61,341 nt of DNA from contig CAVIKW010000001.1 in assembly GCA_963643375.1 (NCBI GenBank), positions 1 through 61,341 of the forward strand. The letters are read 5' to 3'. The notes below the pieces were generated by a model. That model ran no database searches, was not told the origin of the DNA, and saw only the letters and a program-made list of their open reading frames with translations. Positions 48,893-59,593 of the stretch are shown here, piece after piece. The position numbers and the translations under genes were made by a program. This DNA comes from Flexilinea sp. (lineage in GTDB: Bacteria > Chloroflexota > Anaerolineae > Anaerolineales > Anaerolineaceae). Every line of letters begins with the position of its first letter. The first letter of the stretch is position 1.

Positions 48893-50239
48893 TTGAATCG
48901 TGATTTAACCAAGGGACCGGTCGTCAAGTCCATGCTGCTGTTTGCCATCCCGCTGATTTTGGGAGACCTGCTGCAGCAATGCTACAACATCGCCGACACG
49001 TTGATTGTCGGGCAGTTCCTCGGGGCGAACGCGCTCGCGGCGGTCGGGTCGTCCTTTACGCTGATGACCTTCCTGACCTCCATCATTCTCGGACTGTGCA
49101 TGGGGAGCGGGGCGCTGTTCTCGATGCGTTTCGGACAGCGGGATGAGAAGGCGCTCCACGAGAATATCTGCGCGTCGTTCTTCTTTATCGCGGCTGTCTC
49201 CGTGCTGCTGAATGTCCTCTCGTACGTCTGCCTGGACGGACTGCGGACGTTCCTCCGCGTCCCGGATGAGGTCTGGGGCGATATGCGGAATTACCTCTTC
49301 GTGATCTTCATGGGGCTCCCGGCGATTTTCCTTTATAACTACTTCGCCGCCTTCCTGCGGGCGATCGGGAATTCCGTCATTCCGATGATCTTCCTGGCGG
49401 TTTCGTCCGTGATGAATATCGGCCTCGACCTTTGGTTCGTGCTCGGGCTGAAGCGGGGCGTCGCCGGCGCCGCGGAGGCGACCGTCATTGCCCAATACTT
49501 CTCGGGGATCGGCATTGCCGTTTATACCCTGCTCTGCTATCCCGAATCCCGCGCGGTCAAGAATATCCGCAGCCTGCGGCGGGAACGCGTTCACGAGGTG
49601 ATTTCCTTCTCCACGCTGACCTGCGTCCAGCAGTCCGTCATGAATCTCGGCATTCTGATGGTGCAGGGCCTTGTCAACAGCTTCGGCACCGTCGTGATGG
49701 CAGCCTTCGCCGCGGGTGTGAAGATTGACGCCTTCGCTTACATGCCGGTGCAGGACTTCGGCAACGCCTTCTCGACCTTCATCGCGCAGAATTACGGCGC
49801 CAAAGAGCGTTCGCGGATTCGCTCCGGGCTGAAGAGCGCGATGCGGATCACGATCGGGTTTGGCGCGGCGATCTCGGTGCTCGTCTTCATATTCGCCGAG
49901 CCGCTGATGAAGATCTTCGTCGATGCCGGGGAGACAGCGATTATCGCGGAGGGCATTCGCTACCTGCGGATCGAGGGCGCGTTTTACTTCGGCATCGGGG
50001 TACTCTTCCTGCTCTACGGCCTCTACCGCGCGCTCGGCAAGCCGGGCATGAGCGTCGTCCTGACGGTCATCTCCCTGGGCACCCGCGTGGCGCTCGCGTA
50101 CCTGCTGTCGTCGGTGCCCGCGTTCGGCGTCACCGGCATCTGGTGGTCCGTCCCCATCGGCTGGATCCTCGCGGACACGGTCGGCCTGCTGTATTTCAAG
50201 GCGAACAAAGAGAAGCTCCTCTCGTGGAAAGAGCAGTAA
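48893..50239 (+). CDS. MATE family efflux transporter
   Basis: QQCYNIADTLIVG, ALAAVG, LRAIGNS, GVAGAA and QNYGAK motifs. TTG start with SD ggagg. Confidence 0.92.
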   Translation: MNRDLTKGPVVKSMLLFAIPLILGDLLQQCYNIADTLIVGQFLGANALAAVGSSFTLMTFLTSIILGLCMGSGALFSMRFGQRDEKALHENICASFFFIAAVSVLLNVLSYVCLDGLRTFLRVPDEVWGDMRNYLFVIFMGLPAIFLYNYFAAFLRAIGNSVIPMIFLAVSSVMNIGLDLWFVLGLKRGVAGAAEATVIAQYFSGIGIAVYTLLCYPESRAVKNIRSLRRERVHEVISFSTLTCVQQSVMNLGILMVQGLVNSFGTVVMAAFAAGVKIDAFAYMPVQDFGNAFSTFIAQNYGAKERSRIRSGLKSAMRITIGFGAAISVLVFIFAEPLMKIFVDAGETAIIAEGIRYLRIEGAFYFGIGVLFLLYGLYRALGKPGMSVVLTVISLGTRVALAYLLSSVPAFGVTGIWWSVPIGWILADTVGLLYFKANKEKLLSWKEQ

Positions 50240-50362
50240 TTTCCTCTGAAAATCCATCGCCCCCGATTCTCTGTCGGGGGCTGCTTTTTCGCCGGATGGA
50301 ACTTCGGCGGGATTCGTATCGTATAATTGAGAAAGAAATCTACCCGGATAGAGGTTGCAGCT

Positions 50363-51788
50363 ATGAAACGATTATTTGTAATTATTGCATTCGCCGTGCT
50401 GGTATTCGGCGCGTTGAGCGTATCCGCGGATGACGGATTCATCCTCTTGGAAGGCGGTACCGTCACCCTCGGCAGCCCGGAGACGGAGCGCATGCGTGAG
50501 GGAGACGAGACGCTTCACGAGGTCACGTTGAGCCCGTTTTACATTGATCCATACGAAGTCACCCAGCGGGACTACGAACGCGTCATGGGGACGAATCCCT
50601 CCGTCTTTCAGGGCGAGGACCTGCCGGTGGACAATGTCACTTGGTATGACGCGGTCAATTACTGCAATGCCCTCAGTGCGGAAGCGGGATTGACGCCGGT
50701 CTATACCGTTGATGGGGACATCGTCACCTGGAACCGATCCGCGGACGGTTACCGTCTGCTGACGGAAGCGGAATGGGAATACGCCTGCCGCGCCGGAACG
50801 GACACCATCTACTCCTTCGGCGATCAAGTCAACTCCGATTACGCGAACTTTCAGGGAAGCTATCCATACCTCATCGAGGAAAACTATGTTTCCCATAAAG
50901 ACCCAACTGTAAAGACAAGCAAGAACCGCGGCGAGACGATCGTCCCCGGTTCCCTGCCGGCGAACGCCTTCGGTATCTATGACAAGCAAGAACCGCGGCA
51001 AGACGATCGCCCCCGGTTCCCTGCCGGCGAACGCCTTCGGTATCTATGACATGCATGGCAATGTCTCCGAATGGGTCTTCGATTACTACGGATCCTACGC
51101 CGGAGGAACCGATCCCTACGGCGCGGACTCCGGACATCTGCGTGTGAACCGCGGCGGCGGGTACAATGACTTCGGTAAGCATCTGCGCTCGGCGTACCGC
51201 TCTGCCATGAATCCCTCCGATCCGGATCAGAATACCGGCTTCCGTGTTGCCCGAAACGCGCAGCCCGGCGAAGGTGCCGTCACAACGACTTATGAGCACA
51301 TGAGTCAAACCCCGGAAGATCCGAAAATTCTCATCGCCTACTTCTCTTACTCCGGCAACACACGGAAGGCGGCGCAGATTATTCAGAGCCTGACCGGCGC
51401 GGACCTCTTCGAGATTCAGATGGAGACCCCTTATGGCGGCGGCATCTATGATGTTACCCAGAAGGACCTGATGAATGAATACCGCCCGCCGCTTGCCTCG
51501 ACTGTGGAGAATTTCGCGGACTACGATGTCATTCTGCTCGGCTATCCGACCTGGTGGGCGACACTGCCGATGCCGGTGGTCAGCTTCCTGGAGTCCTACG
51601 ATTTCACGGGCAAGACTGTCTATTCCTTCAGCTCGCATGGCGGCACCATGTTCGGAGACAGCGTCTCGGACCTCTCGAAGCTGATTCAGAGCGCGTACGT
51701 CGGCGAGGGCTTTGAGTTCAATTACGGAGGCGGGAGCTCCCTTGAGAGCGAATTGAGCGATTGGCTGAAGGAGTGCGGCGTATTATGA
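50363..51788 (+). pseudogene. Secreted SUMF1/FGE-family + flavodoxin fusion, split by a 67-bp tandem duplication
   Basis: The N half (EVT, PV.NVTWYDA, RLLTEAEWEYACRAG) ends at 51049. The C half (NAFGIYDMHGNVSEW, RGGG, GFR, YFSYSGNT, GYPTWW) is in another frame, 50979..51788. Confidence 0.8.
50914..51047 (+). repeat. 67-bp tandem duplication (2 mismatches)
   Basis: Units 50914-50980 and 50981-51047, bounded by gaca(a/t)gca microhomology. Confidence 0.95.
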
Positions 51789-52429
51789 AGCGGAAGATTG
51801 CCGTATTCATCGATATCACGATGCTGATCCTGCTCATCCTGCTGATGAACTACATTCCGGGAGCGGGGCTGATGCTGCATGCGAAGATGGGGATCGCCGT
51901 CTTCGTTCTGTTCATCATTCATCACATCCTGAATCTGCACTGGTACAAAACCCTCTTCCGCGGGAAGTATACCTTCCGCCGCGCGCTGCTGACCGGAACG
52001 GATTTCCTGCTCCTGGCGGCAATTATCGCAACAGGCATCAGCGCCGTCATGATCTCTGGGATGGTCTTCACCTTCTCGCGGATTCCGATGGATTTCCGCT
52101 GGAGCTTGATCCACAAGGCGGCCGCCGCTTGGGCTTTTGTCCTGACTGCGTTTCATCTCGGACTGCATTTGCACGGAAAGCTGTGCCGCGTGGAAAAAGG
52201 AAAGGCAGCCGTCCCGATGTTGATTCTTGAGACAGTCCTGCTCGCGCTCGGCGTGTGGTGCTTCGGGCGGCAGGAATTCGGCTTGCGTATGCTGACCGGC
52301 AGCGCGAATAATTTCGTTCAATCCGCAAGCGTGATTCAATGGCTGGAATTGACAGGCATTCTCGCCGGCATCTGCGTCCTCACCCACTTCATCCTCCTGC
52401 TCCACGGACGCGTCCGCAAGCAGGGATGA
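51785..52429 (+). CDS. DUF4405-like His-containing membrane protein (cytochrome b-like)
   Basis: H..G......HHILN.HW and H...A.W......H.GLH pattern. Overlaps the flavodoxin stop by ATGA. Confidence 0.7.
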   Translation: MKRKIAVFIDITMLILLILLMNYIPGAGLMLHAKMGIAVFVLFIIHHILNLHWYKTLFRGKYTFRRALLTGTDFLLLAAIIATGISAVMISGMVFTFSRIPMDFRWSLIHKAAAAWAFVLTAFHLGLHLHGKLCRVEKGKAAVPMLILETVLLALGVWCFGRQEFGLRMLTGSANNFVQSASVIQWLELTGILAGICVLTHFILLLHGRVRKQG

Positions 52430-52527
52430 GGGCTTTATGCCTGTTTTTTCGGAAAAGTCTTGATTTTTCGAAAACAGGGTTATAATTAGGTCGAAGAGTT
52501 AAACCAAGTTCTATTTGGAGGAAAAAT

Positions 52528-52701
52528 ATGGCTTATTCTATTGATAAAGATACCTGTATCGGCTGCGGCGCTTGCGCCGGTGAATGCCCGGTCTCCGCGA
52601 TCAGCGAAGTTGACGGCAAGATGGAAATCGACGAAGCGACCTGCATCAGCTGCGGTTCCTGCGCCGGTGTCTGCCCGGTTGGCGCTCCGAGCGAAGCCTA
52701 A
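52528..52701 (+). CDS. fdx: 2[4Fe-4S] ferredoxin (57 aa; absent from the ORF track)
   Basis: [57 protein letters not shown] has two CxxCxxCxxxCP motifs. SD ggagg. Confidence 0.96.
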   Translation: MAYSIDKDTCIGCGACAGECPVSAISEVDGKMEIDEATCISCGSCAGVCPVGAPSEA

Positions 52702-52723
52702 TCGGTACCCGACAATTGACCAT

Positions 52724-52754
52724 AAAAGCGTCTCAGGCGACTGAGACGCTTTTT
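52724..52754 (+). terminator. Ferredoxin terminator
   Basis: aaaagcgtctcag-gcga-ctgagacgcttttt. Confidence 0.85.
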
Positions 52755-52792
52755 CCTTATTAACCCCGCGGATTTATTGTATAATCAAGGCT

Positions 52793-54133
52793 ATGGATCT
52801 TTTCAGTTACAACGAAGCACAAAACGGACGGGCGGAGCCGTTGGCCGCGCGGATGCGTCCGCGCACCTTGGATGAGCTTGTCGGCCAGGATCATATCGTC
52901 GGCAAGGGACGGCTGCTCCGCCGCGCGATTGAGGCGGACCGGCTGTTCTCGTCCATTTTGCTCTTCGGCCCTCCGGGGACCGGGAAGACGACGCTGGCGC
53001 GTCTCATCGCTTCGGAATCCTCCGCGGATTTCGTGACGATCTCCGCGGTCCTCGCGGGTGTGGCGGAGCTTCGCCAGGTCGTGACCGACGCGAAGGAGCG
53101 CCGCCGCATGTACGGCAAACGCACGCTGCTCTTCGTGGATGAAGTCCACCGCTGGAACAAATCCCAGCAGGACGCGCTGCTCCCGCATGTGGAGAACGGC
53201 CTGCTGACGCTGATCGGCGCGACGACCGAGAACCCGTTCTTCGAGGTCAACAAGGCGCTGCTCTCCCGCTCCCGCGTCTTTGAGATGCATGCTCTCGACC
53301 GAACCGCGCTCTCGACCATTATGGACCGCGCGCTCACGGATGAGGAACGCGGCTACGGGAAGCGGAATGTTGTCATTGATGACGATGCCCGCGAGCTGCT
53401 TATCGAACGCAGCAATTCCGACGCCCGCAATCTGCTGAACGCTATCGAGCTCGCCGTTGAAACCACCCCGCCGGACGAAAGCGGCCGCGTTCACATCGCG
53501 CTGGCCATTGCCGAGGAGTCCATTCAGGAACGCGCGCTGAATTACGACAAGAAGGGCGACTCGCATTACGACACCATCTCAGCCTTCATCAAGTCCGTCC
53601 GCGGCAGCGACCCGGACGCGGCGCTGTATTGGGTGTCGAAGATGCTGCTCTCCGGCGAAGATCCGCATTTCATCCTGCGCCGGCTGATTATCCTGGCCTG
53701 TGAGGATATCGGCATGGCCGATCCGCGCGCGCTGCAGGTCTGCGTCTCGGCCGCGTCGGCATTCGATTACGTCGGGATGCCGGAAGGGTACTACCCGATC
53801 GCGGAGGCCGTGCTGTACTGTTCCACCGCGCCGAAGTCCAACTCCGCCTGCGGGATCTTCTCCGCCATGGATAAGATCAAAAAAGAAGGCGCCGGCCCGG
53901 TTCCCACGCATCTGATGGACGCCAACCGCGACGCTCAGGCATTGGGACACGGACAGGGGTATCTTTATCCGCACAATTTCCCCGAACACCACATCAAGCA
54001 GCAGTATCTGCCGAAGTCCGTGAACGGCGGGTTCTATATGCCGTCCGACCAGGGGTACGAGAAAGTCATCCGCGAGCGCATGGAGCGGTGGGGACACTTG
54101 ATCAATCTGTACGATCCGAACAAGAAGAAATAA
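52793..54133 (+). CDS. rarA: Replication-associated recombination protein A (RarA/MgsA AAA+)
   Basis: PLAARMRP, GPPGTGKTT, DEVHRWNK, GATTENP, SAFIKSVRGSDPDA and YLYPH motifs. Confidence 0.96.
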   Translation: MDLFSYNEAQNGRAEPLAARMRPRTLDELVGQDHIVGKGRLLRRAIEADRLFSSILLFGPPGTGKTTLARLIASESSADFVTISAVLAGVAELRQVVTDAKERRRMYGKRTLLFVDEVHRWNKSQQDALLPHVENGLLTLIGATTENPFFEVNKALLSRSRVFEMHALDRTALSTIMDRALTDEERGYGKRNVVIDDDARELLIERSNSDARNLLNAIELAVETTPPDESGRVHIALAIAEESIQERALNYDKKGDSHYDTISAFIKSVRGSDPDAALYWVSKMLLSGEDPHFILRRLIILACEDIGMADPRALQVCVSAASAFDYVGMPEGYYPIAEAVLYCSTAPKSNSACGIFSAMDKIKKEGAGPVPTHLMDANRDAQALGHGQGYLYPHNFPEHHIKQQYLPKSVNGGFYMPSDQGYEKVIRERMERWGHLINLYDPNKKK

Positions 54134-54169
54134 AACAAAAAAACCGCTCAAGAAGCGGTTTTTGTATTG

Positions 54170-54244
54170 TCGGGGCGGGCGGATTTGAACCGCCGACCTC
54201 ACGGACCCGAACCGTGCACTCTATCCGGACTGAGCCACGCCCCG
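54170..54244 (-). tRNA. tRNA-Pro(CGG), copy 1
   Basis: CGGGGCG/CGCCCCG-A acceptor stem, anticodon arm cacgg-ttCGGgt-ccgtg, GTTCAAATC. Confidence 0.96.
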
Positions 54245-54328
54245 CGGCAACAGGAATTAGTATAGTACGATATTCGAAAAAAAGCAAAGGAAAACAAAAA
54301 AACCGCTGAAAAGCGGCTTTCTGTATTG

Positions 54329-54403
54329 TCGGGGCGGGCGGATTTGAACCGCCGACCTCACGGACCCGAACCGTGCACTCTATCCGGACTGAGCCACGCC
54401 CCG
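54329..54403 (-). tRNA. tRNA-Pro(CGG), copy 2
   Basis: Identical to copy 1, offset 159 bp. Confidence 0.93.
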
Positions 54404-54487
54404 CGGCAACAGGAATTAGTATAGTACGATATTCGAAAAAAAGCAAAGGAAAACAAAAAAACCGCTGAAAAGCGGCTTTCTGTATTG

Positions 54488-54562
54488 TCGGGGCGGGCGG
54501 ATTTGAACCGCCGACCTCACGGACCCGAACCGTGCACTCTATCCGGACTGAGCCACGCCCCG
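54488..54562 (-). tRNA. tRNA-Pro(CGG), copy 3
   Basis: Identical, offset 159 bp. Upstream TTGCAA-17-TATACT promoter on the minus strand. Confidence 0.96.
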
Positions 54563-54668
54563 TATCAACAGGACTTAGTATAGTCCCACAGACCGAAATT
54601 TGCAAGGAATTGGCTGAAATTTGTTACTTGCACCCGCTTTATAACAGCTTTGTGATAAGATTGTGATT

Positions 54669-55661
54669 ATGGAAATCAACTACAACCTCCTTGAAGAATT
54701 CCGACAAGAAAAAATCGTCTGCATCGGCGGCGGGCATGGGCAGTCTTCAATCCTGCGCGGGTTGAAGCGCGTCACCAGCAACATCACCGCCGTCGTAACC
54801 GTTGCCGACAACGGCGGTTCCTCCGGCGCGCTGCGGCGCGATATGGGGATCCTCCCGCCGGGCGACATCCGCTCCTGCCTCACCGCGCTCTCCGATGATG
54901 AAGAGTTGATGACCCAGGTGCTGCAATACCGTTTCGCCTCAACTGCGGGCGTCGGCCAGCATAACTTGGGCAACCTGCTGCTGACGGCACTCGCGAACAT
55001 CACCGGCAGTTTCGACCAAGGCATCCGTGAACTGGCGAAAATCCTCGCCATCCGCGGCGTTGTTGTGCCTTCCACCTTGGATGACATCAACCTCGCGGCC
55101 GACGTTGAAGTGACCGAGAACGGCAAACTCGTCAAGAAGCAGATCGTCGGCGAATCCGAAATCGCGGACGCCCACGGTCACATTCTGAATATGTGGATCG
55201 AGCCCGAACACGTCAGCGCGAACCCGGAAGCCATCCGCGCCATCCTGAACGCTGACCTGATCCTGATGGGACCGGGGAGCCTCTACACGAGCATCCTGCC
55301 GAACCTGATGGTGTCCGGCATTCGCAACGCCGTCGCGGCCTCATCCGCCAAGCGCCTTTACATCAGCAACCTGACCTCCCAGCCGGGAGAGACGGACAAC
55401 ATGAGCATTGAAGAACACGCCGATATCATCCTCGATCATCTTCCGGATCGCATGCTGGACGGCGTCATTTGTAATAATTATTACCCTGAAGAATTACCCG
55501 ATTACTTAAGCTGGTGTAAAATTACATCCGGAGGGAATTATGGGGTCAGGCTCTTCGAAGAAAGCCTCGCAGACGCCAAATGCGTTTGGCACCATGACTC
55601 CGCCAAGTTGACCAATTTCATCATCCGCTGTTGGGCAGAGTTGAAAAATGAGCCAAATTGA
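54669..55661 (+). CDS. yvcK: YvcK/CuvA (UPF0052) gluconeogenesis and cell-wall factor
   Basis: IGGGHG, VADNGGSSG, PPGDIR, HNLGNL, GPGSLYTSILPNL and GET motifs. Confidence 0.92.
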   Translation: MEINYNLLEEFRQEKIVCIGGGHGQSSILRGLKRVTSNITAVVTVADNGGSSGALRRDMGILPPGDIRSCLTALSDDEELMTQVLQYRFASTAGVGQHNLGNLLLTALANITGSFDQGIRELAKILAIRGVVVPSTLDDINLAADVEVTENGKLVKKQIVGESEIADAHGHILNMWIEPEHVSANPEAIRAILNADLILMGPGSLYTSILPNLMVSGIRNAVAASSAKRLYISNLTSQPGETDNMSIEEHADIILDHLPDRMLDGVICNNYYPEELPDYLSWCKITSGGNYGVRLFEESLADAKCVWHHDSAKLTNFIIRCWAELKNEPN

Positions 55662-55721
55662 TGAAGATTGAAAGCAATATGACGAATGTCATATTGCACT
55701 GTTATCAGGAGGAATTATAAA

Positions 55722-56777
55722 ATGACAGTTAAAGTTGGTATTAATGGTTTCGGTCGTATCGGTCGTCAGGTTCTCAAGGCCCTGACCGAGAATTACGGCA
55801 AGGATCTCGAAGTTGTCGCTATCAACGACCTTTTCGACACCAAGGCGAACGCTCATCTCTTCAAGTATGACTCCACCTATGGTACCTTCAAGGGTTCCGT
55901 CGATGTTGACGGCAGCGATCTCGTGATCAACGGCAAGAACATCAAGGTCTTCAACGAAAAGAACCCGGCTGACATTCCGTGGGCTGCCAACGGCGTTGAC
56001 ATCGTCATCGAATCCACCGGTATCTTCACCGACGCTCTCGGCGATCCCGCCAAGGGTAAGGCCGGCGCGAATGCCCATATCCTGGGCGGCGGCGCGAAGA
56101 AGGTCATCATCTCCGCTCCTGCGAAGAATGAAGACATCACCATCGTCATGGGCGTCAACGATGATCAGTACGATCCGAAGAAGCACAACATCGTTTCCAA
56201 CGCTTCCTGCACCACCAACTGCCTGGCCCCGGCCGCGAAGATCATCAACGATGCTTACGGTATCGAATACGGCGTCATGACCACCATCCATTCCTACACC
56301 AATGACCAGGTCATCCTCGACCAGGGTCATAAGAAGGAAATGCGCCGCTCCCGCGCTGCCGGCCTGAACATCATCCCGACCACCACCGGCGCCGCCAAGG
56401 CTGTCGCCCTCGTCATCCCTGAACTGAAGGGCAAGTTCGACGGTTATTCCCTCCGCGTTCCGTCCCCGACCGTTTCCGTTGTCGACTTCGTCTGCACCAC
56501 CAAGAAGCCCGTTGCCTCCAAAGAAGAAGTCAACGCCCTCTTCCATGAAGCCGCTGCCGGCAAACTGAATGGCATCCTCGGCGTGACCGACGGTACCTTC
56601 AAGGATCCGCTTGTCTCCACCGACTTCCGCGGCGATGCCCACTCTTCCACCATCGACTGCCAGTACACCTCCGTCATGGGCACCAACCTGCTCAAGATCG
56701 TCTCCTGGTACGACAATGAATGGGGTTATTCCAACCGCGCCTGCGATCTCGCTCTCATGATGGCGAAATCCCTCTAA
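55722..56777 (+). CDS. gap: Glyceraldehyde-3-phosphate dehydrogenase type I
   Basis: [18 protein letters not shown] and WYDNEWGY motifs. SD aggagg. Confidence 0.98.
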   Translation: MTVKVGINGFGRIGRQVLKALTENYGKDLEVVAINDLFDTKANAHLFKYDSTYGTFKGSVDVDGSDLVINGKNIKVFNEKNPADIPWAANGVDIVIESTGIFTDALGDPAKGKAGANAHILGGGAKKVIISAPAKNEDITIVMGVNDDQYDPKKHNIVSNASCTTNCLAPAAKIINDAYGIEYGVMTTIHSYTNDQVILDQGHKKEMRRSRAAGLNIIPTTTGAAKAVALVIPELKGKFDGYSLRVPSPTVSVVDFVCTTKKPVASKEEVNALFHEAAAGKLNGILGVTDGTFKDPLVSTDFRGDAHSSTIDCQYTSVMGTNLLKIVSWYDNEWGYSNRACDLALMMAKSL

Positions 56778-56864
56778 TCAGGTCTTAGATCATTGAATCA
56801 AAAGGTGATTGTTTCGGTTTTGCCGCAGCAGTCACCTTTTTTCGAAATATAAGGAAATTTACAC

Positions 56865-58040
56865 ATGTTCAACAAGAAGACTGTACGTGATATTGACGTT
56901 AAGGGCAAGAAAGTCCTCGTCCGTGTTGACTTCAACGTCCCCCTCAAGGACGGCGCTGTCAGCGATGACACCCGCATCCGCGGCGCCCTGCCGACCATCC
57001 GGTACCTGCTGGACAACGGCGCTGCCGTGATCCTCTGCTCCCACCTCGGCCGTCCGAAGGGCGTCGCCGACCCGAAGTACTCCCTGAAGCCGGTTGCCGA
57101 ATACCTGCAGAAGCTTGTCCCCAACAAGGTTTATTTCGCTGACGACTGCGCCGGTGAATCCGCTGTCAAGGGCGCCGCTGACCTGAAGGCGGGCGAAATC
57201 CTCGTCCTCGAGAACACCCGCTACTATGCCGGTGAAGAGAAGAACGACCTCGGCCTTGCCGAAAAGCTCGCTTCCCTTGCTGACCTCTACGTCAACGATG
57301 CCTTCGGTACCGCCCACCGCGCTCACTCCTCAACCGAGGGCGTGACCCACTTCAAGCCCGGTGTCGCCGGCTTCCTGCTTGAGAAGGAAATCCAGTACCT
57401 TTCCTCCGCTGTTGAAGACCCGAAGCGCCCGTTCGTCGCTATCCTCGGCGGCGCGAAGATCTCCGATAAGATCGGCGTCATCAAGAACCTGCTCTCCAAG
57501 GCCGACAAGGTCCTGATCGGCGGCGGTATGGCCAACACCTTCTTCGCTGCCAAGGGCATCAACATGGCCGACTCCCTCGTTCAGGAAGAAGCCATTGACA
57601 CCGCGAAGGAAATCCTCGCCGCGGGTTCCGACAAGCTCGTCCTGCCGGTTGATATGGTCATCGCCGACGCGTTCGACAACAACGCCAACAAGAAGGTCGT
57701 TGATGTCGCCGACGTTGAGAACGGCTGGCGTGTTCTGGATATCGGTCCGAAGACCGTTGAACTCTACAGCAAGCTCGTTGCCGACGCTGCCACGGTTGTT
57801 TGGAACGGCCCGATGGGCGTCTTCGAAATGCCCGAATTCGCGAAGGGCACCTTCGCTGTCGCTGAAGCTGTTGCCGACTCCAACGCCATCTCCATTATCG
57901 GCGGCGGCGACTCCGTTGCCGCGATCCAGCAGTCCGGCCTGGCCTCCAAGGTCACGCACATCTCCACCGGCGGCGGTGCCTCCCTCGAAATGCTCGAAGG
58001 CATCCAGCTCCCCGGCGTTGCTGCCCTCGAAGACAAATAA
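56865..58040 (+). CDS. pgk: Phosphoglycerate kinase
   Basis: [31 protein letters not shown] and HISTGGGA motifs. Confidence 0.98.
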   Translation: MFNKKTVRDIDVKGKKVLVRVDFNVPLKDGAVSDDTRIRGALPTIRYLLDNGAAVILCSHLGRPKGVADPKYSLKPVAEYLQKLVPNKVYFADDCAGESAVKGAADLKAGEILVLENTRYYAGEEKNDLGLAEKLASLADLYVNDAFGTAHRAHSSTEGVTHFKPGVAGFLLEKEIQYLSSAVEDPKRPFVAILGGAKISDKIGVIKNLLSKADKVLIGGGMANTFFAAKGINMADSLVQEEAIDTAKEILAAGSDKLVLPVDMVIADAFDNNANKKVVDVADVENGWRVLDIGPKTVELYSKLVADAATVVWNGPMGVFEMPEFAKGTFAVAEAVADSNAISIIGGGDSVAAIQQSGLASKVTHISTGGGASLEMLEGIQLPGVAALEDK

Positions 58041-58055
58041 TCCATCCGGATGTAC

Positions 58056-58088
58056 AACAGCCGTCCCGCTTCGGGGCGGCTGTTTTTT
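58056..58088 (+). terminator. pgk terminator
   Basis: aacagccgtccc/ggggcggctgtttttt. Confidence 0.8.
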
Positions 58089-58271
58089 GATGTCTGCCCC
58101 TCCACAGGAGTTTTATACAGTTTCGCCCAAAATTCGCGTAACAAACCAGATAAAACTCACAATTCGACGTGAATATCAGCACATTTTCGAAATCAGTCTT
58201 ATAATAACGCGGTTGAACAAAACGGATGTTCCGTAAGTTCTGTATGTATGTTATAAAGCGGAGGCTAATTA

Positions 58272-59537
58272 ATGACTACATTGCTGTGTATCGCGGTCGG
58301 ATTGCTCGGCGGTCTGCTGATGACCCGTATTCTGAAAAGATTCAATATGCCGGTCATCACGTCTTATTTGATTGCCGGTCTGCTGCTCGGGCCGTTCTTT
58401 ATCGGGCGTCTGGGAATCCCCGGACTCGGCTTCAACACTTACGAACAGGTTGAAGGCTTCGGTCTCCTCTCCGATATCGCGCTGGGCTTCATCGCCCTCA
58501 CCATCGGCAATGAGTTCCGTATTGAACAGCTGAAGAAAATCGGCAAGCAGGCCACCATCGTCGGCATCCTGCAGGCTGTGATTACCACGATCATCGTTGA
58601 CATCGCGCTGCTCATCTTCCACTTCATCCGCCCGGATGTACTCTCCATCCCCGCTGCTATTACCCTCGGCGCCATTGCCGCCGCTACCGCCCCTGCCGCG
58701 ACCCTCATGGTCGTCCGCCAGTACAAGGCGAAGGGCCCCATCACCGAGATCCTGCTGCCTGTTGTGGCGCTGGATGACGCGGTCGGCCTGATCGTGTTCT
58801 CCTTCTCCTTCGGCATCGCGAAGACACTGCAGAGCGGTGTGATGGACATTGCCGCCATCATTATTGAACCGCTCATCGAGATCGTACTCTCCCTGCTTGT
58901 GGGCTTCCTCGGCGGTCTGCTGCTCTCCGGCATTGTCAAGCTGTTTGACACCAACCGCGCCAAAGACGCCGCGGTCATCGCCTTCGTATTCCTGGGCGTT
59001 GCCCTCGCGAAGGAAGACTTCGCCATCGGCAATTTCTCCTTCGGCCTGTCCCCGCTGCTTCTCTGCATGATGCTCGGCGCGACCTTCTGCAACGTCTGCA
59101 ATCAGGCTACCGTCCTGATGAACGGTGCCGACGAATGGGAAGCTCCGCTCCTGGTCATGTTCTTCGTTCTCTCCGGCGCTGAACTGAACCTGCACATGCT
59201 CTCCAGCGTGACCGTCATCGTCGCCGGTCTCATCTACATTATCTCCCGCAGCCTCGGTAAGTACTTCGGCGCGTTCATCAGCTGCACCATCTCGAAGTGC
59301 GACAAGAACGTCATCAAGTACCTCGGTGTTACCCTGCTCCCGCAGGCCGGCGTCGCCCTTGGCATGAGCTCCATCGCGATGACCTCCCTGCCGGGTGACG
59401 GCGAACTCGTCCGCAGCATCACCCTGTTCGGCGTGCTGATCTTCGAACTGATCGCCCCGACCATGACCCGCATCGCCCTGACGAAAGCCGGCGAGATCAA
59501 GCCGCAGACCAAAGGGAATTTGACGATTTCGGAGTAA
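58272..59537 (+). CDS. Cation:proton antiporter (CPA2 family)
   Basis: P.ITSY..AG..LGP, ATAPAAT, ALDDA, FFVLSGA, R..GK and PQAGVA motifs. Confidence 0.88.
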   Translation: MTTLLCIAVGLLGGLLMTRILKRFNMPVITSYLIAGLLLGPFFIGRLGIPGLGFNTYEQVEGFGLLSDIALGFIALTIGNEFRIEQLKKIGKQATIVGILQAVITTIIVDIALLIFHFIRPDVLSIPAAITLGAIAAATAPAATLMVVRQYKAKGPITEILLPVVALDDAVGLIVFSFSFGIAKTLQSGVMDIAAIIIEPLIEIVLSLLVGFLGGLLLSGIVKLFDTNRAKDAAVIAFVFLGVALAKEDFAIGNFSFGLSPLLLCMMLGATFCNVCNQATVLMNGADEWEAPLLVMFFVLSGAELNLHMLSSVTVIVAGLIYIISRSLGKYFGAFISCTISKCDKNVIKYLGVTLLPQAGVALGMSSIAMTSLPGDGELVRSITLFGVLIFELIAPTMTRIALTKAGEIKPQTKGNLTISE

Positions 59538-59546
59538 ATTCAAATG

Positions 59547-59584
59547 AAAACACCGCGCGAATCAAATCGCGCGGTGTTTTTTTT
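59547..59584. terminator. Bidirectional terminator
   Basis: aaaacaccgcgcga/tcgcgcggtgtttttttt. Confidence 0.8.
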
Positions 59585-59593
59585 ATTTCAAAT

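Noticed and set aside
52541..52744. 67-aa ORF in the track
   Set aside because: Alternative frame over the real ferredoxin gene.
43372..54169. Genomic island integrated between tRNA-Ala and tRNA-Pro
   Set aside because: No integrase, no partial tRNA 3' att repeat, and core genes (rarA, ferredoxin) lie inside. The tRNA duplicates are full length with their own promoters.
54102..54605. 167-aa repetitive ORF or CRISPR-like array
   Set aside because: It is a translation of the three tandem tRNA-Pro genes.
58089..58271. Riboswitch (fluoride, c-di-AMP or Na+) upstream of the antiporter
   Set aside because: Only a 9-bp inverted repeat (gagttttat/ataaaactc) upstream of the likely -10 box, and no riboswitch consensus recognised.
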